Assembly: GCA_022750295.1 (NCBI GenBank)
Contig: JAKIVZ010000001.1
Coordinates: 5,651 to 69,650, forward strand
Reading direction: 5' to 3'
DNA length: 64,000 bases
Source: Candidatus Lutacidiplasma silvani
GTDB taxonomy: Archaea > Thermoplasmatota > Thermoplasmata > Lutacidiplasmatales > UBA184
Shown in pieces: positions 9,181-18,900 of this stretch (positions are counted from its first letter, which is position 1; each line of letters begins with the position of its first letter). The notes beneath the pieces are model-generated. The model did no database searches and was not told the origin of the DNA. It saw nothing but the letters and a program-made list of their open reading frames with translations. The position numbers and the translations under genes were made by a program.

Positions 9181-10050
9181 TCAGGAGAGCGTGTTGGCGA
9201 GGGCATAGAACGCTTCGGGGGCGAGCTGTTCCGGGCGCCGGGTCGCCCAATCGGTCGGCCAGCCCGACGACCGGGCCGTCCCTTCCGGATCTCCGGTGAG
9301 CCGGGGAAGGAGGTTGCCGAGTTGCTTTCGCCGCGAGGAGAACAGGACCCGGACGACCTCCTCGAGGCGGGGGACCGAGCCGACGGGGAGCGGGTCGGGC
9401 CGCGCGGTGAGCGTCAGGATCCGGCTCCCGACCGCGGGACGGGGGTGGAACGATTCGGGTCCGACCGGACGGAAGAGCTCGACCTCGGCGAACAGCTGGG
9501 CGAGGATGCTGAGGCGGCCGTACGTCCGGGACCCCGGTGGCGCGGCGAGGCGGGCGGCGACCTCCTCCTGGACCATGACGACGACCCGCGGGACGCGGGC
9601 CTTGAGGAGCCGGATCACGATCGGCGTCGCGGCGGCGTACGGGAGGTTGCCGACCACCGCCGCGGCTGGCGGGAGCGGAATCTCGAGCGCGTCGCCGGTC
9701 ACGACCTTCGCCCGGCCCTGGAGCGCCGCCGTGAGCCGCTTCGCGAGCCGGCGGTCGAGCTCGAGGACCGTCACGTCGGTGTACCCCCGGCGGAGGAGCG
9801 CGGCGGTGAGGATCCCGAGCCCGCCCCCGACCTCGACCACCGGGGCATCGAGCGGGCGCTCCACGAGCGCCGCCTCCGCGTCGGCGACGAACGGGTCGTG
9901 GAGGAACGACTGGCCGAGGGTCCGCGACGGGCGGAGCCCGAGGACGGTGAGCGCCTCGGCGACCGCGCGGGGCGACTCGGGCGCACCGAACGGCGCGCTC
10001 GGGCCGGCCGCGCTAGTCGGGGACGAAGAGACGGTACTTGTCCGCAACAC
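9181..10050 (-). CDS. rsmA: 16S rRNA (adenine1518/1519-N6)-dimethyltransferase KsgA/RsmA (Dim1)
   Basis: LGQSFL, VVEVGGGLGILT SAM-binding motif, NLPY. The called start overlaps the upstream DUF655 gene by about 38 nt, so the true start may be a few codons inside. Confidence 0.75.
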   Translation of the reverse strand: MLRTSTVSSSPTSAAGPSAPFGAPESPRAVAEALTVLGLRPSRTLGQSFLHDPFVADAEAALVERPLDAPVVEVGGGLGILTAALLRRGYTDVTVLELDRRLAKRLTAALQGRAKVVTGDALEIPLPPAAAVVGNLPYAAATPIVIRLLKARVPRVVVMVQEEVAARLAAPPGSRTYGRLSILAQLFAEVELFRPVGPESFHPRPAVGSRILTLTARPDPLPVGSVPRLEEVVRVLFSSRRKQLGNLLPRLTGDPEGTARSSGWPTDWATRRPEQLAPEAFYALANTLS

Positions 10051-10558
10051 CTTGGAGCTCGGCCTCGATCCGCCCGACGAGAAGGAGCTGCGGGCTCTTC
10101 AGGTGGAGGCGGGTCTCGAGGTCGGCGAACGAGGTGAACGGTCCGCGCTTCCGTTCCTCGACGATCGCCTGCATCGTCCGCTTGCCGATCCCGGGGAACA
10201 GCTCGAGGAGATGGAACCGGCGCGACACCGACGGCGAGTCGTTGAAGAACCGGAGGTACTTCGCCGGGTCGGCAAGGACGACCTTCTCGAGCGACGACGT
10301 GAGCTCGGTCCGGGCGGCGCTCGTGAGCTCCTCGTACCCGATCCGCCGGCGGACGTGGTCGAGCGGTGGCGCGACCCCGTTGACCGGGACCGCCGGGATC
10401 CGACTGCCCGGGACGAGGGCCACGCCCGATCGGGGAATGATCTCGAGGAGTTTGAGCTCGCTCTCACCGACGGCGAGGGCGACCGGTTCCCGGAAGAACC
10501 CCCGCTCGGTCGACCGACCGGACGGCAGGTAATCGAGGACGTAGACGTAGTTCTCCAT
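10013..10558 (-). CDS. DUF655 family archaeal RNA-binding protein
   Basis: MENYVYVLDYLP…GIGKRTMQAIVEERK… Occupies the conserved position between RpoF and KsgA. Confidence 0.6.
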   Translation of the reverse strand: MENYVYVLDYLPSGRSTERGFFREPVALAVGESELKLLEIIPRSGVALVPGSRIPAVPVNGVAPPLDHVRRRIGYEELTSAARTELTSSLEKVVLADPAKYLRFFNDSPSVSRRFHLLELFPGIGKRTMQAIVEERKRGPFTSFADLETRLHLKSPQLLLVGRIEAELQGVADKYRLFVPD

Positions 10559-10573
10559 GGCCGTACGCCCCGG

Positions 10574-10888
10574 TCATCGGTATTGCGCGACGAGCTCGAG
10601 CAGCTTGGTCAGCTGCTCCTCCTCCAGGACGACCCGCTCCTTCGCGAACAGGAGCCGGACCTCCTCGGGGTACTGGGGGAGGATATCGGCGATCTTGACG
10701 GCCAGGCTGGCGTCGATGAACGGCAGGGTGCGCAGCTCGGAGACGAGCTTGTGGACGTCCCCCGGGTCGAGGGGGGCGAACAGCTCGGCGTGCTGCTGGG
10801 CGAGGAGCGCCTCCCGGGGGAGGGGGCGGAGGCCGGCCTCGGTGGTGAGCATCTTGCGGACGTCGGAGAGGGGGACCGGGTCGGGCAT
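10574..10888 (-). CDS. rpoF: DNA-directed RNA polymerase subunit F (Rpb4 homologue)
   Basis: 104 aa acidic helical protein immediately downstream of L21e with a 1-nt spacing; this is the conserved archaeal gene order. Confidence 0.55.
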   Translation of the reverse strand: MPDPVPLSDVRKMLTTEAGLRPLPREALLAQQHAELFAPLDPGDVHKLVSELRTLPFIDASLAVKIADILPQYPEEVRLLFAKERVVLEEEQLTKLLELVAQYR

Positions 10889-11194
10889 CTAGCTCGCTCC
10901 GCCGCCGGCGCGCCGCAGGTGGACCGGGTTCGCGATCAGCTGCTTCCGCTTCTGTCCGTCCAGGAAGTCGATCTTGTACGCGCGGCCGACCTTCGCCACG
11001 ACCGTGCACGTACGCCCCTGGTACCGGGGGTGGGGCTGGCCGTGGGGGTCGGACGGTTCGATGATCACGAGGACCTTCTCCCCGATGGCGAACTCTTGAA
11101 GGAACCGGGTGATCGGGGGCATCCCCCGCTCCCGGACCTCCTTGGTGAACGTCCCGCGGCTGCGCGAGCGGAACCCCTTCGAACTTTTGACCAT
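10889..11194 (-). CDS. rpl21e: 50S ribosomal protein L21e
   Basis: MVKSSKGFRSRSRGTFTKEVRERGMPPITRFLQEF…VLVIIEPS… is the diagnostic L21e sequence. Confidence 0.8.
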   Translation of the reverse strand: MVKSSKGFRSRSRGTFTKEVRERGMPPITRFLQEFAIGEKVLVIIEPSDPHGQPHPRYQGRTCTVVAKVGRAYKIDFLDGQKRKQLIANPVHLRRAGGGAS

Positions 11195-11197
11195 GGT

Positions 11198-12460
11198 CTA
11201 TCGCTCCGATTCTTCGTCGTGAATGTCCAGGACGTCGAGAAACTCGACGGTCAGCGGTGCTCCGAGGAGCCCCGCGAGGCTCGGGTCGGTCCGTCCATCG
11301 TCCCCTTCCACCCACTCCTTGATGTACGTGCCGGCCTCGGCACGCAGGTCGAGCGTGAACCGTCCCTCGGCCGCTTCGACGATCGACGCCGCGACGATCC
11401 GACGCGTGCGAACACGGTCGGCCCGCCGGTGCGCGACCCTCGTCGGGGTTCGCTGGGCGATTGCTCGGGTCGTTGCGAACGTCAGGGCTTCATTAATCTT
11501 TGCCACCGGGACCACCCCGGCCACGCCGACGCGGTAGCTCTTCATCGGCGACGCCTCCTTGACCCGGACGACGTCGCCGGCGTCGGCCGGCACGACGTCG
11601 AGGACCTCCACCCGCCCTTCGCTCGCCGAGTTCCCCGCGGCGACGATCTCGGCGAGCGCGACGGTCCGTCGCTTCGGGCGGCGGAGTTCGAGCACGAACG
11701 GCCGGCCCCGGCCGAGCATCCGGGCGTCGATGTCCTCCCGGCCCATCCCGTGGAACCGCGTCCCTTCGGCCCCGGTCGCCGCAAGGAACGGCGCGGCCAC
11801 GAGCTCCTCGACGCTCGTCGGGTACGTCTTCCCGCTCCCCTGACACCGGTCGCAGCCGACCCCCTGGCAGGCGCGGCACGGCCACCGGGTCTGCGGAAGG
11901 GTCCGGTCGAGCTTCCGGTACCGGCCCCGAAAGTAGAGGGGCATGACGGTGAGGGTGACGCGGCCGACCGGCACGTCGGCGAGGAAGACGACCTCGGGGC
12001 CGTCGGTCGTCCCTTCGGCCCCGCTCGCGACCTCGAGCCGCTTGCCCAGTTCGCGGTTGAAGGCGCTGTGGATACTCTCGCCCGAAGCGCTGCCGACGGC
12101 GAGCCAGAGCGACTCCTCCCGGGCGAGCGCCTCGGGGTCCCAGCGGGAGCCGCAGGCGAACTTCTGCCACTCGTACTCCTTCCCCGTGGCCTGGCACCGC
12201 TCCACCCAGACGGGGATCCGGTCGAACGCCCCCTCGCACACCGGGCAGGCGTCGGCCGGCGGGAGCGGCCCGAGCGCCTCCGCGATCCGGGCCGCCCGCT
12301 CCGGATTCGTCAGACCGTGCCCGGCGCGGCCGAACAACCGTCCGAAGCATTCGGCGCAGAGGCCCCGACCGAGCGCGCGGCGGGCCGGGTCGAGGATCTC
12401 CGGACCGAGCGGGAACCCTGGTTCGGTCACGGCGGACCGCCGATGCGGGGCCGGCCACAT
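11198..12460 (-). CDS. pus10: tRNA pseudouridine(54/55) synthase Pus10
   Basis: N-terminal Zn-ribbon (CAEC…CPVC), THUMP-like region and a catalytic domain. 420 aa. ATG verified at 12458–12460. Confidence 0.75.
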   Translation of the reverse strand: MWPAPHRRSAVTEPGFPLGPEILDPARRALGRGLCAECFGRLFGRAGHGLTNPERAARIAEALGPLPPADACPVCEGAFDRIPVWVERCQATGKEYEWQKFACGSRWDPEALAREESLWLAVGSASGESIHSAFNRELGKRLEVASGAEGTTDGPEVVFLADVPVGRVTLTVMPLYFRGRYRKLDRTLPQTRWPCRACQGVGCDRCQGSGKTYPTSVEELVAAPFLAATGAEGTRFHGMGREDIDARMLGRGRPFVLELRRPKRRTVALAEIVAAGNSASEGRVEVLDVVPADAGDVVRVKEASPMKSYRVGVAGVVPVAKINEALTFATTRAIAQRTPTRVAHRRADRVRTRRIVAASIVEAAEGRFTLDLRAEAGTYIKEWVEGDDGRTDPSLAGLLGAPLTVEFLDVLDIHDEESER

Positions 12461-12510
12461 GACGTTGTGGGCTCGCGCGTACCCACCGAATCTATTTCCA
12501 TCCCGATTGG

Positions 12511-12930
12511 GTGGGTCCCGACGCCGTGGACGTGATCAAGGAAGCCGAGCTCGTGCGGGCGATCGAGCGGACGCTCGTCGCGCACGGCAAGATGCCCCCC
12601 GAGGAAGCGTTGCCGACCGCCCGGATGGTCCTCGGGTACTTCGGGCTCGACGACACGGTCCTCGACAACAAGCTCTCGAGCGACGACCGGGACCGGTTCT
12701 ACCGCCTGGAGGAGGAAGGGCTGCTCACGAGCGAGGAGGAGGACGCGACCGTGTCGCGCGGGAAGACGTGGCGGATCCACTACTGGTTGATGAAGAAGGA
12801 CCGGATCCGGGACGTCGGCCGGGACCGGGTTGCGGCCGCCGAGGACCCGACGAGCGCCGTCTACCGGGACATCGGCGACTCGGCGTGGAACCGCCGGAGC
12901 GGCCAGCCGCCGACGCCGCCCGCGCCGTAA
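12511..12930 (+). CDS. conserved hypothetical protein
   Basis: 139 aa with well-behaved composition (…KTWRIHYWLMKKDRI…), GTG start, divergent from pus10. Confidence 0.45.
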   Translation: MGPDAVDVIKEAELVRAIERTLVAHGKMPPEEALPTARMVLGYFGLDDTVLDNKLSSDDRDRFYRLEEEGLLTSEEEDATVSRGKTWRIHYWLMKKDRIRDVGRDRVAAAEDPTSAVYRDIGDSAWNRRSGQPPTPPAP

Positions 12931-12934
12931 CCGG

Positions 12935-13792
12935 TCACGACCGCCGCTGAGGCGGCCCGGGAGCCGTGCGGACCTGCGGGGGCCGGTACCGGGGGTGGAC
13001 CCGGGCGGCCGACGGGTAGTCCGACTGGGTGATCACGTCACGGACGTGCTCGATGGCGGCGAAGGCGAACCCGATCGCCGCGAGGAGGCCAACGAACGCG
13101 GCGTACGGGGCCCACGCGTTCGGGACCCCGAAGGCGGTCGCGATCGCCCCCAGCGAGGCGAGCGCGTTGAACGAGGCGTGCATCGCGACCGCGAGCAGGT
13201 AGTACGATGCGGTCGACGTCGTGTTCCCCTGGTACACGCTCTGCGCGTACCCGCGGCCGAACATCGCGGTCGAGCTCCCGTGGAGGAGGACGGAGGAGAT
13301 CGACCGGAGGAGAATGAGGAGGAGCCCCGCGACGAGGCCGCCGGTCAGGAACGCGCCGAGGCCGTAGAGGAGCGTCTCGAAGAACCCGAAGCCGAGGCCG
13401 ACCGCCGCCCCGAACACGGGGCCGTCGGCGAGGCGGCGCATCGAGGACTTGTACTGGATCACCCCGGACGCCTTCAGCGCCTCCTCGATGAACGGGGCGA
13501 TCACCAGGACGAGGAAGAACGTCCCGGCGGTCGAGCCGCCGTTCAGGAAGGAGAAGTCCGGCCCCGGGTACTTCTGCGAGATCGCGGAGCCGAGGTCGAC
13601 GATGATGAGCTCGAGGATCGCCGCGATGATCGTCGCGCCCAGCGCACCGTACAGGAACAGCCGGAGGAGGAGCCCCCACGGTTCCAACCCCAACCGTTCG
13701 CTCTGGCGGACCCAAAGGAGATAGATGAGCGCCGGCAGGAGCGCCGCCAGCGTGAGGATGAGGAAATCCTCGATCGCCCCGACGTCCCCCAT
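12935..13792 (-). CDS. PrsW-family intramembrane metalloprotease
   Basis: Polytopic membrane protein with …APFIEEALK… (EExxK) and …HASFNA… motifs typical of PrsW. Confidence 0.6.
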   Translation of the reverse strand: MGDVGAIEDFLILTLAALLPALIYLLWVRQSERLGLEPWGLLLRLFLYGALGATIIAAILELIIVDLGSAISQKYPGPDFSFLNGGSTAGTFFLVLVIAPFIEEALKASGVIQYKSSMRRLADGPVFGAAVGLGFGFFETLLYGLGAFLTGGLVAGLLLILLRSISSVLLHGSSTAMFGRGYAQSVYQGNTTSTASYYLLAVAMHASFNALASLGAIATAFGVPNAWAPYAAFVGLLAAIGFAFAAIEHVRDVITQSDYPSAARVHPRYRPPQVRTAPGPPQRRS

Positions 13793-13798
13793 GGACGC

Positions 13799-14665
13799 CT
13801 ACGTGCGCGGAGTCCGCGCGGGGTACTCGTAGAATCCGACCCCGGACTTCCGCCCGAGCTGACCGGCGGCGACCATCGAGCGGAGGAGAGGGCACGTGCG
13901 GTACTTGGGGTCCCGGAACCCGTCCCAGAGGACGTCGAGGATCGCCACGGTGGTGTCGAGGCCGACCAGGTCGAGGAGCTCGAACGGCCCCATCGGATGG
14001 TGGAACCCGAGCTTGTAGGCCGTGTCGATCTCCTCCTTCGTCGCGATCCCCTCGTAGAGCATGCACGCCGCCTCGTTGCCCATGACGGCGAGCGCCCGCG
14101 TCGTGACGAACCCGGGGGTATCCTTCGAGGTCACGACGGTCTTGCCGAGGGCGCGGGCGAACTCGGTCGCCTTCGCCACCACCTCCGGGCGGGTCCGGAC
14201 CCCGGGGATCACCTCGACGAGCTCCATCTGCAGCACCGGATTGAAGAAGTGGACCCCGACGACGCGACCCGGGTCCCGCACCGCCGACGCGATCGACGTC
14301 ACCGGCAACGACGACGTGTTGGTCGCCAGGATCGTGTCCGGTCCGACGACGGCATCGAGCTCCCGAAAGAGCGCCTGCTTCAATTCGAGCTTCTCGGGGG
14401 CCGCCTCGACCACGAGGTCGGCGCCCTCGGCCCGACGGAGCCCGATCGCGACGTCGATCCGCGCGAGCGCCTCGGCGACGGTCGGCGCCCCGAACGCCCC
14501 GCGCTTCGCGGCCGATTCGAGCGCCCGCCGGGCGTTCTCGAGCCCGCGTCGGGCGAACTCCTCGTTGACGTCCTCGAGCGTGACGGCGAACCCCGCGACC
14601 GCGCACTGCGCGGCGATCCCGCTTCCCATGATCCCGGCGCCGGCGACGAAGACGCGGCGCTGCAT
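13799..14665 (-). CDS. hbd: 3-hydroxyacyl-CoA / 3-hydroxybutyryl-CoA dehydrogenase
   Basis: VFVAGAGIMGSGIAAQ Rossmann motif, …ILATNTSSLP…GVHFFNP…, C-terminal dimerisation domain. Start trimmed to MQRRVF, ATG verified at 14663–14665; the 616-aa ORF is an over-extension. Confidence 0.75.
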   Translation of the reverse strand: MQRRVFVAGAGIMGSGIAAQCAVAGFAVTLEDVNEEFARRGLENARRALESAAKRGAFGAPTVAEALARIDVAIGLRRAEGADLVVEAAPEKLELKQALFRELDAVVGPDTILATNTSSLPVTSIASAVRDPGRVVGVHFFNPVLQMELVEVIPGVRTRPEVVAKATEFARALGKTVVTSKDTPGFVTTRALAVMGNEAACMLYEGIATKEEIDTAYKLGFHHPMGPFELLDLVGLDTTVAILDVLWDGFRDPKYRTCPLLRSMVAAGQLGRKSGVGFYEYPARTPRT

Positions 14666-14718
14666 CGACCGGCGCGGGTCGCTCCCCGGATCCGGGAGGT
14701 CGGTCGCGGCCACGCCGG

Positions 14719-15696
14719 TCACGAGACCGCGGCCCCCATAACGGGGAGCGCGACCGCCCGGCGGTATTCGCAGGCCCGGCATCGGATCCCCGTCGACGGC
14801 TCTCCGCATTCCGCACACCGGGCCGGGGCGGTCCCCCCGGTCTCCGCCTCGAGGAGCCGGACGATCGATTCGCGGCTTCGCAGCAGCGCCTGGCGGGTGC
14901 CGGGGATCGACTCCTCCATCCGCCAGACGACCTCCCGGAACACGTTGCGGCTCGCGAGACCCGCGTACGGGCACTCCGCGTGGTCGAACGGGAGCCCCGC
15001 GGCCCGGGCGTACAGGAACACCTCCCGCTCGGGAACTTCGGCGAGCGGCGCGAGCCGTGGGACGAGGCCGACCTGGCGTCGGGCGTGCGGGGCCATCCGG
15101 CCGAGCCGCGGGATGTCGGCCCGGGCGAAGTTCATCAACACGGTCTGGGCGAGGTCGTCCAGGTTGAATCCCAAGACGAGCGCGTCGGCGCCGGCGTCCC
15201 GCGCAGCCCGATTGAGGAGTTGGCGGCGCCAGACGCCGCAATACGAGCACGGGGCGACCCCGTTCAGCCGCTTCGCGGCGGCGTCGGTCGTGGTGCCGAG
15301 CTCGTCCCGCGCCCGCACGACGACGTGACGGACGCCGAGCGTCCGCGCCAGGGCCCGGGCGGAGCGGAGGGTCTTCGACCGGTACCCCTGGATCCCCTCG
15401 TCGACGGTGATCGCGACGACCGTCACGGTCGGTCGGCGTCCGAAGTACGCGTGGGTCAGCGCGAGCGCCGTCGCCGAGTCTTTCCCTCCGGAGAGGGCCA
15501 CCCCGACCGTGCCCGCTCGGAAGCGGGGAAGCTGCCGGTGCATCGCGGCCCGGAACCGGTCCCGGACGGTGTCGGCCAGATGGACGTCGCAGAGATGATC
15601 GCCCGCGTACGGGCGGTCGACGACCGCGGTCCGGTCGCACCGGGCGCACCGCACGGACCGTCGAGAGCGGTCGGTGTACTTGAGGAACGTCCGCAA
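14719..15696 (-). CDS. TtuA/NcsA-like PP-loop tRNA 2-thiolation protein
   Basis: PP-loop SGGKDS, N-terminal CxxC…C…H and C-terminal CxxC…CxxC zinc fingers, PCSYCG motif. Confidence 0.7.
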   Translation of the reverse strand: MRTFLKYTDRSRRSVRCARCDRTAVVDRPYAGDHLCDVHLADTVRDRFRAAMHRQLPRFRAGTVGVALSGGKDSATALALTHAYFGRRPTVTVVAITVDEGIQGYRSKTLRSARALARTLGVRHVVVRARDELGTTTDAAAKRLNGVAPCSYCGVWRRQLLNRAARDAGADALVLGFNLDDLAQTVLMNFARADIPRLGRMAPHARRQVGLVPRLAPLAEVPEREVFLYARAAGLPFDHAECPYAGLASRNVFREVVWRMEESIPGTRQALLRSRESIVRLLEAETGGTAPARCAECGEPSTGIRCRACEYRRAVALPVMGAAVS

Positions 15697-15714
15697 AGGT
15701 GCCGCTCCGCCTTA

Positions 15715-15740
15715 ACCATTAATTAGGCCCCTCCCGGCCA
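15715..15740. promoter_or_regulatory. divergent promoter region (TtuA-like / XerA)
   Basis: AT-rich ccttaaccattaattagg located 12–35 bp upstream of the XerA start; TATA-like ttaattag. Confidence 0.4.
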
Positions 15741-15751
15741 AGACCCATCCG

Positions 15752-16663
15752 ATGGCCTCATCGGTACCGCGCGAGCGCTCGCCCGCGTCTCGCGGCCGCG
15801 GGACCGGCACGCCGGGGGCCGCCGTCGAGCCGACGTTCACCGTCGACGACATGGTCGGTCGGTTCCAGCGGATCTTGCAGAGCCAGGAGCGAAGCCCGTG
15901 CACCGTCAAGCAGTACGGGCACATCGCCCACATGTTCCTCGGGTACGTCCACAAGCCGCTCGAGGAGGTCACCAAGAAGGACCTCGAGGCGTTCCGGGAA
16001 CACCTCGTCCTCCAGCGGCACTACTCGAAGAACTCCCTCTACACGACCGTCCGGGGCCTGACGTGCCTGTTCCGGACGTTCGGTCTCGCGGCCGCCGAGG
16101 GGCTCGAGGCGCCGCGACGCCCCGAGCGGCTCCCCCACTACCTGTCGGAGGAGGAGACCCACCGGCTCTTCGGCGCCGTTCAGGACTCCCCGCGCGATTC
16201 CGCGATCGTCCACGTCCTCGCGTTCTGCGGGCTCCGGGTGAGCGAGCTCTGCAACCTCAGTCTCGAGGACCTCGAGCTGTCCCGGAACCTCCTCCACGTC
16301 CGGTCCGGCAAGGGGGACAAGGACCGGGAGGTCGTGCTCGAGGACCGGACCCGCGCGGCGGTCGACCGGTACCTCACGGAACGGACGCTCGCCGGCGAGG
16401 GGTCGACCCGGATGTTCCCGGTCGGGCCGGTCACCGTCGAGCGGATCGTCCGGCGCGCGGCGCGGGACGCCCAGATCCCGCGGCGGGTCACGCCCCACAT
16501 GCTCCGCCACACCCTCGCGACCGCGCTCCTCTCGCGGGGCTGCGACATCCGGTACATCCAGAAGCTCCTCGGGCACGCCTCCGTCGCGACGACGCAGATC
16601 TACACCCACGTCGACACGCAGGCGCTCCGCGACGCCTACCAGCGGGCCAAGCCCCAATATTAG
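15752..16663 (+). CDS. xerA: tyrosine recombinase XerA-like (site-specific recombinase/integrase)
   Basis: C-terminal catalytic motifs …HMLRHTLATALLSRGCDIRYIQKLLGHASVATTQIYTHV… (R…HxxR…Y). The true start may be MVGRFQ further in. Confidence 0.75.
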   Translation: MASSVPRERSPASRGRGTGTPGAAVEPTFTVDDMVGRFQRILQSQERSPCTVKQYGHIAHMFLGYVHKPLEEVTKKDLEAFREHLVLQRHYSKNSLYTTVRGLTCLFRTFGLAAAEGLEAPRRPERLPHYLSEEETHRLFGAVQDSPRDSAIVHVLAFCGLRVSELCNLSLEDLELSRNLLHVRSGKGDKDREVVLEDRTRAAVDRYLTERTLAGEGSTRMFPVGPVTVERIVRRAARDAQIPRRVTPHMLRHTLATALLSRGCDIRYIQKLLGHASVATTQIYTHVDTQALRDAYQRAKPQY

Positions 16664-16684
16664 CCGCGACCGCTCTCGCCGGCC

Positions 16685-17878
16685 GTGGGGGACGAACCTC
16701 GCGACGTCGTCGTCCTCGGCGCCGGGATCGCCGGGACGGCCCTCGCCTCGCACCTCGCCCGTCGCTCGCTCCGCGTCACCGTCGTCGACCCCCGGACCCC
16801 GGCGGCCGGGGCCAGCGGGCGGGCGGCGGGAATCGTCACCGAGCAGCTGTGGAACGAGTGGGACGTCGCCGTCACCCGGGAGAGCCGGGCCGAGTACCTC
16901 GAACTGGCCAAGGGGGATCCGGAGACGTTCCTCGAGGCACCGTTCGTTCGGCTCACGGTCAACCCGACGATCGCCGAGGCGCTCGGGCACGCGGTCGTTC
17001 GGCTCCGGGGCTGGGGGGTCCCGGTGGAGTCCGTCGACGCGGACCGTCTCCTCGACTGGTTTCCGGCGGGCCATTTCGCCGGGCTTCGGGGCGCGATCGC
17101 CAGTCGGTCGGATGCGTGCGTGACGCCGAGCACGATCACCACGCTGTACCTTGACGACGCGCGGCGACACGGGGCGGAGGTGGCGTTCGGGGCGCCGGTC
17201 CCGGTGCCGGAGTTCCGGGACCGGCGATGGTCCGTCCGGTCGGGTCCGGCGGTGATCCGGGCCCGCGCGCTCGTCGTCGCCGCCGGGGCGTGGTCGAAGT
17301 CGCTCCTCGTCGGGCTCGGCCACCCTCTTCCCCTCACGCCGTACCGAACCCAGGCCGCCGTTCTGCGACCCCCGACCGGTTCGACGAAGGGGCCGGCGGC
17401 GTCGTTCCACGACCTCGACACCGACGTCTACGCGCGCCCGGAGTCGAACGGACGGATCCTCGCGGGGGACGGGACCGAATGGTTCGAGACCGACCCCGAG
17501 CGGTTCGTGGCGGGGGCGGACGCCTCGTTCCTCGCCCACCTGGCGGAGGCGCTCGGGACCTGGTTCCCCGAGTGGGGTGGGAGCGACGTCGTCGGGGCGT
17601 GGGCCGGGGTCTGCACCGCCACTCTCGACCGGCGCCCGTGCATCGGTCCGGTCGACCCCGCGCGGTCGTTGTACTCGATCACCGGGTTCAACGGGTTCGG
17701 GGTGATGCGCGCTGGCGGGGCCGCCCGGCGATTGGCCGAGCTGATCGCCGCCCCCGATTCGGCGACCGCCGCGGCCGCCCTCGAACCGGTGCTGCCGGCC
17801 CGGTTCGGGGGGCGGGCCCCGGTGTTCTCTCCGATCCCCGGATTCACACTCGAGGGCGGCGAAGCGCCCCGCTTCTAG
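16685..17878 (+). CDS. FAD-dependent oxidoreductase (DadA/glycine oxidase-like)
   Basis: VVVLGAGIAGTALASHL dinucleotide-binding motif; 397 aa. Confidence 0.65.
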   Translation: MGDEPRDVVVLGAGIAGTALASHLARRSLRVTVVDPRTPAAGASGRAAGIVTEQLWNEWDVAVTRESRAEYLELAKGDPETFLEAPFVRLTVNPTIAEALGHAVVRLRGWGVPVESVDADRLLDWFPAGHFAGLRGAIASRSDACVTPSTITTLYLDDARRHGAEVAFGAPVPVPEFRDRRWSVRSGPAVIRARALVVAAGAWSKSLLVGLGHPLPLTPYRTQAAVLRPPTGSTKGPAASFHDLDTDVYARPESNGRILAGDGTEWFETDPERFVAGADASFLAHLAEALGTWFPEWGGSDVVGAWAGVCTATLDRRPCIGPVDPARSLYSITGFNGFGVMRAGGAARRLAELIAAPDSATAAAALEPVLPARFGGRAPVFSPIPGFTLEGGEAPRF

Positions 17879-17895
17879 CGCCCCCGAGGGGCGAA

Positions 17896-18804
17896 CTATT
17901 CGGCCGCCCGGAGGCGGTCCAGCTTCTCGAGGAACTCGACCCCTTCCCCGGTCGACATCGGCTTGCCGTCCTCCCGGGTCAGGGGCAGTCCGGCGGTCGC
18001 GCATGCTGCCTCGGGGGTAGCGCCCCCGAGGAGGGCGCGGATCGCCCGCTGCTCGCGCCGACTGAGCGAGACTCCCTGCAGCTGGAACTCCTCGAACGCC
18101 TCGGTGGCGACCGGGGCGACGGCCCGGGCGATCCCGGCGAGCTCGGCGGCGTAGCGGCGGATCTCCTCCTGGGCGTGGGGGTCGAGCCGGAGCGAGAGGA
18201 AGTGGAACAGGTTGTGCAGGTCGGTCTTCCAGTACCACTCGGTGTAGTACGCAAGCGGAAGGACGAGCCGGGCGGTCTCCCGGGCCACCCCGGCCTCGAG
18301 GGCCGCCGTGTACGCCCCGTACGCCTCGCCCGAGAGCCGTTCGAGGTCCGACCGGAACTTCTCGGCGGTCCCCGCGGGGAGCGGGTCCGAGCGCCCCTGC
18401 CGGTTCCGGGCCGACTGCTGCCGAATGTCCTCGAGCGCCGGGAGGTCGAACTCGTCGGGGACGATCGAGTACCGCTGCGAGTACTCGTTGATGTTCGCGG
18501 TCCGATGGCGGACCCACTGGCGCGCGACGTAGATGGGGAGCCGGACGAGAAACTTCAGCTCGACCATCTCGAACGGCGTGGTGTGGCGGTGCCGCATCAG
18601 GTACCGAACGAGGCCGCGGTCGTCGCGGACCGTCTTCGTTCCGGCGCCGTACGAGACCCGCGCCGCCTGGACGATCGCCGCATCGCCGCCCATGTAATCG
18701 ACGAGGACGACGAACCCGTGGGAGAGGACGGGCCGCTTCACCCCGATGAGGGCGTCGGCGGCGGGGATCGTCGGGCGGGTCATCGGCGCCCCGCCCGCGG
18801 CCAT
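17896..18804 (-). CDS. thyX: flavin-dependent thymidylate synthase ThyX
   Basis: ThyX signature RHRTANINEYSQRYS. ATG at 18802–18804; an alternative ATG 21 nt downstream gives MTRP…. The 1073-aa ORF extending this is an antisense artefact of metG. Confidence 0.8.
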   Translation of the reverse strand: MAAGGAPMTRPTIPAADALIGVKRPVLSHGFVVLVDYMGGDAAIVQAARVSYGAGTKTVRDDRGLVRYLMRHRHTTPFEMVELKFLVRLPIYVARQWVRHRTANINEYSQRYSIVPDEFDLPALEDIRQQSARNRQGRSDPLPAGTAEKFRSDLERLSGEAYGAYTAALEAGVARETARLVLPLAYYTEWYWKTDLHNLFHFLSLRLDPHAQEEIRRYAAELAGIARAVAPVATEAFEEFQLQGVSLSRREQRAIRALLGGATPEAACATAGLPLTREDGKPMSTGEGVEFLEKLDRLRAAE

Positions 18805-18900
18805 CCGGGGTCCGGAGCCGCGTCGTCCGATAAAGCCCGCGACGCGCGGCGGCGCGGGAAACCGTTTAGGTCGAACCCGGCTCGATAGGTCGGAGGGACG

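Noticed and set aside
9296-12535. 1079-aa ORF on the + strand (similarly 17896–21117, 21817–25230, 36888–39944, 12830–15328, 8527–10137 and many others)
   Set aside because: These are antisense to well-supported genes (Pus10/L21e, metG, NDH-2 and others). Their translations are Arg/Pro/Gly/Asp low-complexity, as expected for stop-poor frames in 70%-GC DNA.
13799-15649. 616-aa ORF treated as one protein
   Set aside because: Only the C-terminal 288 aa (from MQRRVF) are 3-hydroxyacyl-CoA dehydrogenase. The N-terminal extension is low-complexity and overlaps the TtuA-like gene on the same strand in another frame.
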